DNA of 64,000 nt from Mobula hypostoma (taxonomy: Eukaryota): the NCBI RefSeq assembly GCF_963921235.1, contig NC_086101.1, forward strand, positions 10,790,001 through 10,854,000, written 5' to 3'. The notes under the pieces were generated by a model. The model did not search any database. It was given only the letters and a program-made list of their open reading frames with translations, and was not told where the DNA came from. Made by a program: the position numbers and the translations under genes. This document shows positions 35,512-48,552 of the stretch, piece after piece (position 1 is the stretch's first letter; each line of letters starts with the position of its first letter).

Positions 35512-36810
35512 GAGTCAGCATGGATTACCTAGGGGAAATTATACTTGACTAATCTTCTGAAATTTTTTGAGGATGTAACTATGAAAATGGACAAGAGAGA
35601 GCCAGTGGATGTAGTGTACCTGGACTTTCAGAAAGCCTTTGATAAAGTCCCACATAGGAGATTAGTGGGCAAAATTAGGGCACATGGTATTGGGGGCAGA
35701 GTACTGACATGGATTGAAAATTGGCTGGCTGACAGAAAACAAAGAGTAGTGATTAACGGATCCCTTTTGGAATGGCAGGCGGTGACCAGTGGGGTACCGC
35801 AGGGTTCAGTGCTGGGACCGCAGCTGTTTACAATATATACTAATGATTTAGATGAGGGAATTAAAAGTAACATTAGCAAATTTGCCGATGACACAAAGGT
35901 GGGTGGCAGTGTGAAATGTGAGGAGGATGGAATGAGAATGCAGGATGACTTGGACAGGTTGGGTGAGTGGGCAGATGCATGGCAGATGCAGTTTAATGTG
36001 GATAACTGTGAAGTTATCCACTTTGGTGGCAAGAACAGGAAGGCAAATTATTATCTAAATGGAGTCAAGTTAGGAAAAGGGGAAGCACAACGAGATCTAG
36101 GTGTTCTTGTACATCAGTCACTGAAAGCAAGCATGCAAGTACAGCAGGCAGTGAAGAAAGCTAATGGCATGCTGGCCTTCATAACAAGGGGAATTGAGTA
36201 TAAGAACAAAGAGGTCCTACTGCAGCTGTACAGGGCCCTGGTGAGACCACACCTGGAGTACTGTGTGCAGTTTTGGTCTCCAAATTTAGGAAGGACATTC
36301 TTGCTATTGAGGGAGTGCAGTGTAGGTTCACAAGGTTAATTCCTGGGATGGCGGGACTGTCATATGTTGAAAGATTGGAACGACTGGGCTTGTATACTCT
36401 GGAATTTAGAAGGCTGAGAGAGGATCTTATTGAAACATATAAGATTATTAAGGGATTGGACATGCTGGAGGCAGGAAGCATGTTCCCGCTGATGGGTGAG
36501 TCCAGAACCAGAGGCCACAGCTTAAGAATTAGGGGTAGGCCATTTAGAACCAAGTTGAGGATAAACTTTTTCACCCAGAGAGTGGTGGATGTGTGGAATG
36601 CTCTGCCCAAGAAGGCTGTGGAGGCCAAGTCTCTGGATGCTTTCAAGAAAGAGATGGATAGAGCTCTTAAAGATAGCAGAATCAAAGGTTGTGGGGAGAA
36701 AGCAGGAACTGGATACTGATTGTGGATGATCAGCCATGATCACAGTGAATGGCGGTGCTGGCTCGAAGGGCTGAATGGCCTACTCCTGCACCTATTGTCT
36801 ATTGTCTATT
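35512..36810 (+). mobile_element. Young 5'-truncated CR1 nested in the antisense CR1
   Basis: RT nearly intact (YLDFQKAFDKV, GVPQGSVLGP, KFADDTK) with one frameshift near 36285; (CTATTGT)n tail; TSD GACCC at 35507-35511 and 36811-36815. Confidence 0.92.
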
Positions 36811-37824
36811 GACCCCTGTGGAACACCACTGGTAACCGGCAGCCAACCAGAATAGGATCCCTTTATTCCCACTCTCTGTTTCCTACCAATCAGCCAATGC
36901 TCTATCCAAGTATGTAACTTTCCTGTAATTCCATGGGCTCTTTTCTTGTTAAGTGGCCTCGTGTGGCACCTTGTCAATGGCCTTGTGAAAATCCAAATAT
37001 ACGTTTGTACAACATCCACTGCATCTCCCTTGTCTAGCCTACTTGTAATTTCCTCAAAAAATTGTAATAAGTTTGTCAGTCAGGATTTTCCTTTAAGGAC
37101 AGCATGCTGAGTTCTGCCTATCTTGTCGTATGGTCCCAGGTACTCTGTAACCTCATCCTTGACAATCGATTCCAACAACTTCCCAACCACCGATGTCAAG
37201 CTAACAGGTCTATAATTTCCTTTTTGCTTCCTTGCCCCCTTCTTAAATAGTGGAGTGACATTTGCAATCTTCCTGTCCTCTGGAACCATGCCAGAATCTA
37301 TCAACTTCTGAAAGATCATCACTAATGTCTCCACAGCTACTTCCTTCAGAACATGAGGGTGCATTCCATCTGGTCCAGGAGATTTATCTACCTTTGGACT
37401 GTTCAGCTTCCTGAGTACTTTCTCTGTCGTAATTGTGACTGCGCACATTTCTCTTCCCTGCCACCCTTGAGTGTCCGGTATACTGCTGATGTCTTCCTCA
37501 GTGAAGACTGATGCAAAATACTCATTCAGTTCCTCCGCCATCTCCTTATCTCCCATTACAAGTTCTCCAGCATCATTTTCTATCATTCTTATATCTATTC
37601 TCATCTGTCTTTTACTCTTTATATACTTGAAAAAGCTTTTAGTATCCCCTTTGATATTATTTGCTAGCTTCCTTTCACAGGTAATCTTTTCCCTCTTAAT
37701 GACCTTCTTAGTTTCCTTTTGTAAGCTTTTAAAAACTTCCCAACCCTCTGTCTTCCCACTAATTTTTGCTTCCTTGTGTGCCCTCTCCTTTGCTTTAACT
37801 TTAGCCAGTTCCTCTCAATAGTCC

Positions 37825-38254
37825 TGGTCATAGTCATAATTTATTGATCCTGGGGGAGGTTGGTTTTCGTTACAGTTGCACCATAAATAATAGTAGTAGA
37901 ACTATAAATAGTTAAATAGTAATACGTAAATTATGCCAGTAAATTATGAAATAAGTCCAGGGCCAGCCTATTGGCTCAGGGTGTCTGACCCTCCAAGGGA
38001 GGAGTTGTGAAGTTTGATGGCCACAGGCAGGAATGACTTCCTATGACGCTCTGAGCTGCATCTCGGTGGAATGAGACTCTGGCTGAATGTACTCCTGTGC
38101 CCACCCAGTACATTATGTAGTGGATGGGAGACATTGACCAAGATGGCATGCAACTTAGACAGCATCCTCTTTTCAGACACCACCGTCAGAGAGTCCGGTT
38201 CCATCCCCACAACGTCACTGGCCTTATGAATGAGTTTGTTGATTCTGTTGGTGT
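37825..38254 (-). mobile_element. Rex1-like 3' fragment
   Basis: SHPLHNVL...RHRKSFLPVAIKLHNSS; same 3' end as 52165-52430. Confidence 0.75.
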
Positions 38255-39329
38255 CTACTCTCTCATGCCACTGTAATTCCCTTTACTCCACTGAAATACC
38301 GACACATCAGATTTCAGCTTCTCTTTTTCAAATGTCACAGTGAACTCAATCATGTTGTGATCACTGCCTCCTAAGGGTTCCTTCACCTCAATCTCTGCAA
38401 TCACCTCCGGTTCATGACACAAAACCCAATCCAGTACAGCCGATCCCCTAGTGGGCTCAACAATAAGCTGTTCTAAAAACCCATCTCGCAGACATTCTAC
38501 AAATTCTCTCTCTTGAGATCCAGTGCCGACCTGAATTTCCCAATCCACTCGCATGTTAAAATCCCCCACAATTATCATAACACTGCCCTTCTGACAAGCC
38601 TTTTCAATTTCCTGTTGAAATTTGTAGTCTTATGGTCTTATAATAACTAAGCAATAAATATCGAGAACATGAGTTATCTGAGCGATTTTGTGAGGACACA
38701 GCTGTTTTTTTTTATATAAACTCCATGACAACCATGGTGTCTTCATTCATATCCACAAATGAGTCCTTGAACAAGGCCCAGTCTGCTGAATCGAAGCAAT
38801 CCTGTAGCCACTCCTCTGTCTCCAGTGACCACCTCTTTGTGGTCCTAATTTCTGAAGCCTTACTCTTCCGCCTCTTCTGTGACTGAGCTTTCAGACTGTG
38901 ACGGGCACTAATTGTCTGGAAGGAGGGAGGAGGAAACTTTCTGTTCCCCGCGCTGAAACTCATTGGCAGGTCTATGGGAGCTTCCCGGGTCTGGGTGTTG
39001 GGGCAAACTGCACAGCTCATTGGAGAGATCCCACTCCTCCCTCCGCTTTCACTCTTGTCATTTGTGTTTCCGGGGCTGTCTTGTTGCACATTTCATATTT
39101 CCGTCGCTTATTGATTCAGTCGGAGTTTGTGAGACGTGTCTTGTCGGAAGTCTTTTAAAATCTCATACAGGAGATTGATGGTTAGAGATGAACTGGGTAT
39201 TGAGTACTGAGAAGAGGAGGATGGCATGGAGCATGGATACCGACAGACTGTTCAGGATGATGGTCTGAATGTCCTGTTTTCTGACTAAAGCGTGATTTAA
39301 ATTTTCTGAACCTCATATTTTATTTGTTA

Positions 39330-39610
39330 TGGGGGGAGGCCATTTGGCCCAGGAAGTCAGTGTGGAATCCAACAGCAGTGACTTTTGTTCCATTTTCCTG
39401 TTATTTTCCCAGGAAACTTATTATCCTTGAGTGCCAATTGAAGTAGGGGAATTTACAGCAGCTGATTAACCGATCAACCAACCCATCTTCGGGATGTGGG
39501 AGGACACTGGAGCTCTCAGGGGAAACCCATCAGTCTCAGACTGTGAAGCTTCCAACAGACAGTCCCAGACTGAGGTCGGGATGGAACCAGTGTCACTGAT
39601 TGAAGTGAAG
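39330..39610 (-). mobile_element. Probable tRNA-derived SINE (V-SINE/HE1-like), degenerate
   Basis: GGATGTGGGAGG...GGAG...GGAAACCCA core; similar plus-strand copy at ~44400-44700. Confidence 0.45.
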
Positions 39611-39699
39611 AAGCATTACTCTTTATAATCTAAAAGTTGCAAGCAATTGTCTCCCAGGACTCACAGTCCTGTTAGTCACAGTCACTCTGCGGGAAGCAT

Positions 39700-40900
39700 T
39701 TCCAGACATTTTGAGTGGACACAAATTGTGACCAGCAGACATTGTTTGTCTGCAGGCAGTTCCACACATGGAGGGGCTTTGGAGAGGTGGATTTTCAGCA
39801 GCTTGACAAAACACTGACTCTCAAATTCTCCATCTTCATCTAGTCATGGTCAAGAGTTGGTCTGAAATAGTCAGGTGATACTCAGTAATTGTTTCCTCAA
39901 CCTCAGAGAGTCCAAATGGAAAACCCCATTGGATACAGTCATGATCTGTAAATTGCTGATCCTTCTTATCAAAAAGTCATATCTCAGAATATTGGGCTTC
40001 CCTATTGAGGTTAAATCTAAGCTTTTTGAAAGGCTATGATTCCATCATGCTTCTGAGGGAAATTTGTTTGTTGATGGCCTAAGCAACACGTCTCTGAACT
40101 GTCGTGTGTCAGTCACCTGTAAAACTTAGTGCTTTTCTGCAATGCAGGGGACCAATTCTATCTGACCTCTGGTCACATTGACTCCTGAAGTGGTTGCATG
40201 AAGGTTGACATCTAATAATTCAACAAACTCAAGACTGACCTGAGTTCGGCTGCATCAGCTGAAGGTGGTACTTTGAGATTTGCATCAACTTTGCTCTGAG
40301 GCCTTGAACTCGAGCACCAGTTTGACAGGCAATGTAATGCTTTAATATTTGTGGAAATTGGCATTTTGCATGCTGACACCGATTCCATTAAGAATACAGT
40401 CTGAGCATCACTACCCCTGGTAGCTCCATACTGAAACCAGGATTTCATAGTGAAGAAAAGAGCATAATTGAGCTGATCCAAAATCTCATCTGTGGTACCG
40501 TGCATAAACTCTGGTGCTGTTTAACCTCCACACGCCCTGTTTGTGTGTTAGTTGTGAGACATGCCAGTCACTGGATTCAGGCCCATCTGCTGTTTAGTGA
40601 TGGATAAATTAATCTTACTGAATCCATTTGCCTGTCAAGGTTGCATTAAAATTGAGTTCTGTGTATTGTATGAACTTTCATGTAGCAATTTAGTCCCACA
40701 GCATCACTGTTTCACCCTGCTTTTGTATGACTTCAAACAGGAGCGGCCCAATCTCAGCTCAAATGGGACAGAATACCATGTCTCTTCAGACAGCCCAGTT
40801 CATGCACAACTGTTTCTTTTGAGATCTGGAGAAGAATTTGGGTCTTGTGGAAGGTGTGAGTAGCTTGTACTTCCACATGGATCTTCACATTGAAATCCTT
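39700..40900 (-). mobile_element. Old Gypsy pol remnant
   Basis: TTDEILDQLNYALFF and AAELRSVLSLLNY resemble Gypsy RT/RNase H motifs; heavily degraded. Confidence 0.5.
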
Positions 40901-41191
40901 TCAATTTGTGTGTGTGTGTGTGTGGGGTGGGTGTTCTGGTCAAACACCTTCCTTCCTTTCTAAACTGAATATCTTTTCTGAGTTTAAGATGAACTTTTTA
41001 ACCCAATTTTGCCCTGTGATTCAAGTCTGTCCCTTAACTCCCACCAGGCAGTACATCCCTTTATTGTCTCTGCACTTCATTTCACTGGATATGAAACTCC
41101 TCCACAACAGGAAATCTGGCTCCATAAGTGACAAGTAGTGAATGCATGTTAGCTGCAAGAGACAAGAGGTCAGCCTCTCCTTGTATATGTG

Positions 41192-42510
41192 CAGACATCC
41201 CACTTCTCCTGAAAGATCTGGGAGTCTCCCGGATATCGATAGTGGCTCCCTGACGCCCAGAAATTATATAGAATATCCTGGAAATAGATTTTTTTGAGAG
41301 GGAGAGCGGGCATCCAGATTGGTCTCTCTTCGTGCTAAGATTGGTCCCCAACCACAAGGAAACGATATGATTTGGCGATATGAGTCAGCCGCACCTCTCC
41401 TCATTCCCTGTCACGCATTGTTGGAGCTTGAACGCACCCGCAAGCTCATTACCTGCGAGTCATCCATATCAGCGCGGGAAGATCAACTCCTCGAGCTTGC
41501 AAATGACGGCGGGCTGAAAGGTATGTTTGACATAACATCTCTGCCGGCATTCTGGATCAAAGTCAAGGCTGAATATCCTGAGATAGCCACGAAAGCACTG
41601 AAAACGCTGCTTCCATTTCCAACATCATATCGCTGCGAAGCGGAGTTTTCTGCAATGAATGCAATGAAAACTAAATTGCGGAATAGACTGGACATAAGGA
41701 ACCCCCTTCGAGTATCGCTGTCTCCCATCACCCCTCGATGGGACCGTCTTGTTGCAGGAAAACAAGCCCAGGGCTCCCACTGATTCAGCGATATTGGTGT
41801 GATGCAATGATTTTATATGTTCATACGGGGAAATTATGCGCTGTGTGTTTAATATCCAAACGATACTTAAAAGGTTATGATGCTATTGACTTATCACCTA
41901 TATTTCGGTCTTGACTAACACCGCCACCCCATCCCCGCGGTCGGCCAGTGCACAAGAATATTGTCAATATTAAACTGGTCTGCGGTGCAAAAAATGTTGC
42001 GGCCCCCTTCTAAGTAGACCTATCAGTTTTCTCTGTGGGTGGGCTTTACAGTCGACCTCAAAAATAATGACAGTGTTGCTCGCTGCACTGTTTGCAAGAG
42101 TGACTTTTCTATTGCCCATGGTGGGTTAAAATGTAAAAGACATGTTGAGGTGAGTTTAACAGGTGTCATTCGTTCATTAACATAGCTAACGTTATTTAAA
42201 CTAGCTGGCTAGCTGCTAAGGAGCAACGTTATTGATGTCCTACGTGATGAGGCCAAACTCCCTGTAGACTTGCTTAAAGTTGTAATAGAATAAACATGAT
42301 AATATAATATAAGTACATATTTTAATGTCACATATGCTGCATATACCCAACTTGGTTTACAGATTAGACAAAATCACTAAACAAAGTACTACATACACCC
42401 TTGGAGGTCGACGGGGTGGGGGATATGGGGTTGCGGGGGGTGGGGGTGCTACCTCCCTGAAATGGTGGTGATACCTGCCTGGAATGAGTTTTTGCAGGGT
42501 GGGATGTCTG
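41192..42510 (+). mobile_element. Non-autonomous DNA transposon, hAT-like, with 12-bp TIR and 6-bp TSD
   Basis: TIR CAGACATCCCAC / GTGGGATGTCTG; TSD TATGTG at 41186-41191 and 42511-42516; BED-type finger ARCTVCKSDFSIAHGGLKCKRHVE followed by a GTGAGT donor (~42080-42155). Confidence 0.8.
41341..42009 (+). mobile_element. Second copy of the Charlie/Buster non-autonomous element, nested in the 6-bp-TSD element
   Basis: DQLLELANDGGLKGMF...LLPFPTSYRCEAEFSAM...KTKLRNRL; homologous to 4430-5592; termini degenerate. Confidence 0.88.
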
Positions 42511-42789
42511 TATGTGCTCTGGCCCGACTGACATAGATGGCCCAGTGTTCAGCATCATATTAACTTCCATGCCAGGTCTATTTGGAAGTAAGTTGCTTAT
42601 GTTGCTCACTGTTGTTTATCCACAATCCCATCGCCTTTATTGGTGAAACCTACAGACTTTTGCTGGTGGTTTCCAGCACAGCATGAATATGCTTGTGTCA
42701 CAAGGCCTTCATTTTCATTTCATGTTTCTGAGAACCCGGAGTTGCTGGTAAAGTGCAGGAGATCCGTTTCAATGTTCAGCACACGTTGC

Positions 42790-43460
42790 ATCAGGGTGCT
42801 GTGTGGACTTTTTGAACAGCACCTCCCTGGTTTAGACTGAGTGGCATACTCGCTCCTCGGTGCCCTTGTAGGCAAGTTTCAAAGCCAGACACATGCTGGC
42901 TCAAAAATGAGTTTATTCGTCTATTTGTGCGAGGCTTTGGCCACCAGAGGAGACCTGCATTGTGTTCAGTGTTCACAGTGTGGTGCTCTCTACTCTGGGA
43001 AAACCAAAATCTGTTGCACCCTCTGCAGAATTGCAACAAACCTCCATTTATCCTGTGAGTGTAAGCCTGGAGTTTCAATCTCCTGTCAATTTAATACCCT
43101 GACCCACTGGCTTCTGTGTTTTCAGTCTCCTATATTACCTCAGTGATGCCGCTCTGTGAATCCAGGCACAGACCCTCATCATTATCATACAGATACTCCT
43201 CATTTATATCAGCCGTTGGGAATTTAACACTGGTGTTTCTCCCCCTTTTGACAGATTGAACTAGTTTTTTTTAGCAATAGCTCTGATAACAACCTTGATC
43301 TGCATCCCATTGCAATCATTATACATTCTGTCCACTGTACAGGGCTTGCCAACATTTAGTAAACTTGTCTTCTTATATTTCCCATTCTGATGAAAGATCC
43401 TTGGCCTAAGATATTGACTCAATTTCTTTGCAAATATTGCCTTTCCTGCTCATTTCTTCA
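42790..43460 (+). mobile_element. Old Penelope-like fragment
   Basis: LHCVQCSQCGALYSGKT (GIY-YIG-like) and CTGATGAAAG... terminal motif near 43388. Confidence 0.5.
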
Positions 43461-45422
43461 GAAGTTTGGTACACACTACAATATATTTTACTAAAATATA
43501 ATTTTCCATTTCAGAACAAATGAGTTGTTCAACTGGACAATTTTGTCAAAATTGTGTTTTGTTTCCATAATATTTCCCTTTATTCTTTGCCATGTATTAA
43601 AAGCCTAATGGGCACTTAACTCTTCTGAAGTTAATCAATACTTGGTCATTTGTTTAAACTTTGGGAGAATTTCCCCTTTGTGTATTTTATGGAAAACAAG
43701 AAATAACACAGAATGCACTAAGTGTAATTTTCTGACAGTGAAAATCTTGATTGTACTCTGCCACAGTTTGCAGTCAGGTCTCTCAGTGCCTGAAATTGCT
43801 CGATCACTTGCTGGACCTTTGAGAGAAATCTTGCTGTCCTATGTTGGCCACTCCACTCTTTGCAATTTTTTGCTCATTTCTTTCTCAATTCCTGCTAAAA
43901 CGTTGTTTACATTGTTTGCATTTAGATTTACATTTACATCATTCATTATTATTTTGTAATTTGTCCTTTACTGTGCCTATTGTCATGTTTATTAATTATT
44001 GTACTGTCTTGCACTGTTTTGTGCACTTTATGTAGTCCTGTGTAGGCCTGAAGTGTAATGTAGTTTTGTATTGTTTCACGTAGTCTAGTGTAGTTTTGTG
44101 TTGTTTCATGTAGCACCGTGGTCCTGGAGGATCGTTGTTTCGTATTTACTGTGTACTGTACCAGCAGTTATGGTTGAAATGACAATAAAAGTGACTAGAC
44201 TTGACTCGGCAAACGTTGTGTCGCAGGAGGTACAGAGTTAACATGAGAAGGATTGTGAGGGAAGCCGTGGCCTGATGAAGAAACACAGATGCTAACAGCA
44301 GAGTTGTTTTCTTAGGACACTGTCAGTTGATCAAAGGAAATCCAGGAGTTTAATTAGTTACTACTGGGGAAATTACTCATGTACCGCAAACCAAAAGCAA
44401 CACAGTGGCTCATATAGTATTATTGGTTCACAGCTTAAATTACCAAGTTTTAATCCTGACCTCAGGCCTTGTTTGTGGATGTTACACATTTTCTCTGTGG
44501 CTGTGCAGGATCGTCCTGCATGCTTAGGTTCCTCACGGATCACTTCAACTCTCAGATTGGTACGTTGCTGTAAATACTGTAATGACTGGAGGAACATTTG
44601 GGGAGTTGATGTGAATGTGAGGAGAATAAAATGAATTAGGATAGGACTAGTGTCGGTGAGTGTTCGGTGTTAACACAAATTTTGTGACCAACTGGCCTGT
44701 TTCCATCCTGTTCCATGTTGTTATTCTATCAAAGTAAATTAAATGTACTGGTTATAAAAGGATCTTGAGCTCTTGCATCATATATGATGAATAAACTCTC
44801 TATACATGAGGAAACAGAAAACCCAAACTTCCTGACAGCATCTCACCAACATTTCCCAGCTACAATTCCTATTGGATTGTCCAGCGATGGTCAGTGTTGT
44901 TGAAGTTTCTCAGCAGTTTCACTGGGAAACCTTCGGGAACAACTGGGTTAAACTCATACAGGAAAAATATTTTTACTAATATGATACTTTGATGATTGTA
45001 TCTTTATATTACTGAACATTATACTGTTCTGGAGTATATAAGTACATTTTATGGATCTAATTATTAAAATCTTCACAATAATTTCACTATTTTAATATGT
45101 TTGTTGGTTAGAAATGTTCCCTATATTTCCAAAGTGAGTTGGGGGCTCAGTGCTGAACCTGGTGCTCCTTTGTCCAGTCATGAGGAATTCTGCAGATGCT
45201 GGAAATTCAAGCAACACACATCAAAGTTGATGCTGCCTGGCCTGCTGCATTCACCAGCAACTTTGATGTGTGTTGCTCCTTTGCCCAGTAACTTGTTCCC
45301 ACCTTGTGTGGAGAGGCCAAGGACATTTTTTCTCAGGTTATTGGGAGTGGGGTTGGTGAACATTGGTGCTGAGGACAGTGGGGGAGGGGATGCTCACAGC
45401 TTCCCACAAATGAAAGGACTAA

Positions 45423-45424
<2 letters not shown>

Positions 45425-45453
<29 letters not shown>
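45425..45453. repeat. (CT)n microsatellite about 90 bp upstream of the butyrophilin-like ATG
   Basis: TC dinucleotide run. Confidence 0.85.
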
Positions 45454-45456
<3 letters not shown>

Positions 45457-45541
45457 CCTCACTCCACCCACTACCCCTCTCCGTCTTCCCACAAGCCCTC
45501 CGCCTCCCCCAGTTCCTCAGCTTCTTGACTCTTCCGCTGAG

Positions 45542-45599
45542 ATGAGAGTGATTCCCTGCACCCTGCTGTTACTGAACGAGATTCTCATCTCACTCCAAG
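45542..45599 (+). CDS. Butyrophilin-like gene, signal-peptide exon (coding part)
   Basis: GAGATGA start context; MRVIPCTLLLLNEILISLQ-G; GTAATT donor; phase 1 matches the IgV exon. Confidence 0.65.
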
Positions 45600-46320
45600 G
45601 TAATTGTCACAAAATCTTGTTTGATTATGTTTCTTTACCTCACAGAGTACACACATGGAATCAGAAGATAAAGTATTTTTAATTTAGTAACTGATGAAAT
45701 TGTCCACACTACTTAATTGCAATGAATGAATGTCCCATGGCAATACTTGAAAGTGAGATTATAGATGTCTGTAATTGCAAAAAAGCTATCCAGTGCCTCT
45801 TGCTTGGTTAAAAACTATAAACTGCTGACTTTTATATGTATTAATTTGTGAGATAGATGAAATTATTGAGAACATTGAGTTTAGTTTTTGGTGTGTATCT
45901 AATCAAACTCCCACAATCATTTCTGCTACAACTCCCATGTAACACACGGGAAAACCAGCGAAAACCTGGACATAGAGAAACACATATACACAATTCTGTG
46001 GATGTTGGAAATCCAGAGTGACATAGAAAATGCTGGAGGAATTCTGACAGCATCTATGGAGAGGAATAAGAAGTCACTGTTTCGGGCTGAGACCATTCAT
46101 CAGGACTCCAGTGGTCCTAGATTCCTATGATCCCTTGCTGGGCCTTTCCCTTTTTACCAGCATTGTACTTGATGGCTCAGACACACCCTGTATAGGAATC
46201 CCTTCCCCAGCAGTGTCTGAATGGTGAAACACCCTCCCAGCAATACTGGGAGACATTCACCAGAAATGACAGGGCAGTTCAAGAAGCAAAGCATCACCAC
46301 ATCCTCAAGAATAATTGATG

Positions 46321-47429
46321 CTTTAAGATTTGACAAACCCTTATACACGCTTGAAATGATTCTTCTACCATTGTCTGAATTATATGTTTTTCTAAATAGC
46401 TCTATCAGACATGTACTTGAATTGGTTACATTTGTAACCATCCTACTTACATACTGTCGCATCTGTAAATACTGATAAAAGTCTTGTTTTTCGAATAAGT
46501 GTTTCTCTCTGAGCATTTCAAAACTGAACAGTATTCCTTCTTTCATTATATTGCAAATAGCTGTTATTCCTTATCTTATCAAATCTTAAAACACATTCAA
46601 CTTCATACATTAAAACAAAATGGGAGAAGGAAGGAGGGATAATAATATCTGAGGAAGAATGGACAATAATATGGAGGTATCAATGGAAGTGTACCAGTTC
46701 ACAGAAATGGAGGGAGTTCGGGTGGAAAAACTTGATAAGATATTTTATTACACCCTCTCAGAAATCCCATTATGATAGTAACCTCCCTGTTTGCTGGAGA
46801 AATTGTGGAAATCAAAATGCAAACCATTATTATATTTTCTGGGAATGCCCTGTTATCAAAGACTATTGGAGTGGGATACATAATACCCTACAAGACATCT
46901 TTAAATGTGAAATACCCTTAGAGAGTAAGAACATGTATTTTGGTTATATACCTCAAGAATGGTTGAAAAGAGATAAATATTTAATGAATATACTGCTGGG
47001 GGCTGGTAAAAAAACCTTAACCAGGAAATGGTTATCACAGGAGAGCCCAACTTTAAATGTATGGATGGAAATTACAATGGACATTTACAAAATGGAGAAG
47101 ATAATAGTATCTGTTAATCATAAGTTGGACCAATTTGGTTCATAATGCGAAAAATGGTTTAACTACATAACACCTCATAAGCCTGATTTTATTCTTACAA
47201 GTCAATGAATGTGTTGTTTAAAAAAAAGATTACTCCCTACTTTGTACATAGTTTTCTTCTTTTGATTGTTCTTTCTTTCCTCTCCTTTCTGTAAGTGTAT
47301 ACCTCAGATAAATATTATGTGGAGATTTGTGAAAAATATGATTACATGTTAAATATGTACAGTATCTGAAATATATCTTATGGAAATGTTTGTTTGATGA
47401 TGAACTTCAATTAAAAAAATACAAAAAAA
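46321..47429 (+). mobile_element. L1-clade LINE, 5'-truncated and 5'-inverted
   Basis: Sense part 46576-47429 has the ORF2 C-terminal CWRNCG...HYYIFWECP and an A-rich tail; 46321-46575 is the adjacent ORF2 segment inverted; 14-bp TSD AAGAATAATTGATG at 46307-46320 and 47430-47443. Confidence 0.9.
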
Positions 47430-47749
47430 AAGAATAATTGATGTACCAATCTTGTAAATTGAGAAAACAAAATCTGGTTTGCATCAAGCTACTTTCATGA
47501 GGGCGGGTCATCATCCACGCCAAATTCATGGTGTATAAATGATATGATATCTGTAAAGGAATGGCAAACAGGCAGTGAACAGCAAGTCAGGAATATATTG
47601 TTCAAACACCCTTCACTGTAAAATCTGCGCATTTTGGGTTCTGTGCACCCAAAAATCAACCTCCCATCCAAAAGCTTTTCCTCAGTGCACTCTGCCTTTA
47701 GAGAACACTAAGTTTTTGCAAATAAAAATGGTGAAGGCATTTTATGTTT

Positions 47750-48552
47750 AAGAAAAGCCATAACAACTCCTTTATTGTACTTCAAACACTGAACACAAAG
47801 CATAGTTAAGAAACTTAATGTAATTAAGTCAGACCCGCCTTTTAAAGTGAAGCTCCAACTCAATGTCAGTGGTTATGAATTATGTATATTGCCACTAATT
47901 ACGTTATCATACAGCCCCTCCATAATTCACCAAAACCGGCATTGTGAACCTTTTTGGAGTTTGGACAAGACACAAGCTCAAGTTCCATGGGAGGAGGAAC
48001 AGCAGGTGCCTCGGCTCCTCCAGAGGAGTGTTGACGCACTTGTTATCATGTTGTGATGCCAGGTGCGTGGTAGCGGAATCCTCCACATCCTGGTGGGTTG
48101 GATTAAGGTGATCTACCAAAATATGTTCAGGTTTACCCCTCTTATCTGTGATAGAAGTCTTTTCTCCCCATTCCAAAATGTGGAATGGGTCGTCGTTAGG
48201 GGGCCTTAGGGGATGTTGGTGTGTCTCATGGCAGACAAACACAAATGAAGCAGAATGTAGGTCAACAGGAATCCAAGAGTGCAATTCACCATGATGGGAG
48301 GTAGGAATAGGTGGAAAGGAATTGAATTTACTGAGGAGGTGGAATTGAATGGTCGACAAGGCAGTTATGGTGTCAGGAATGAAATTACCTGGCACTCATA
48401 ACAGATGCCCTTATACCAACAGCCACAGATGACTACCCATCCTCTTGTAGCTGTTCTGAGCCTCAGGAGGACCCATGGGAGATGATCATGCCAACACCCA
48501 TAGGTCAGGAAACCCTCAGAGCAGCCTTTCAGGAGCAGTGAAACCACTCACA
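47750..48552 (-). mobile_element. Gypsy integrase 3' fragment with LTR remnant
   Basis: WHDHLPWVLLRLRTA; HPLRPPNDDPFHIL...HILVDHLNPTH; PPT-like GGAGGGGC then TGTA near 47910. Confidence 0.7.

Larger units (their letters stand above)
34518..38630 (-). mobile_element. CR1 LINE ORF2 (endonuclease to 3' end), interrupted twice
   Basis: IVGDFNMRVDW (38255-38578), KSPGPDGMHP...NYRPVSLTS (37080-37604), LGPLLFTLYINDL...KFADD (35137-35505), 3' tail at 34518. Confidence 0.9.

Noticed and set aside
41319..41783. ZBED5/SCAND3-like host gene
   Set aside because: Only the transposase C-terminus, and it is duplicated at 4430-5592 within TIRs and a TSD.
44400..44700. tRNA gene
   Set aside because: No cloverleaf can be formed; more likely a decayed SINE head.
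45101..45682. 193-aa ORF as a single-exon gene
   Set aside because: It runs through a Penelope-type repeat and a (CT)n microsatellite; only 45542-45599 looks like real coding sequence.
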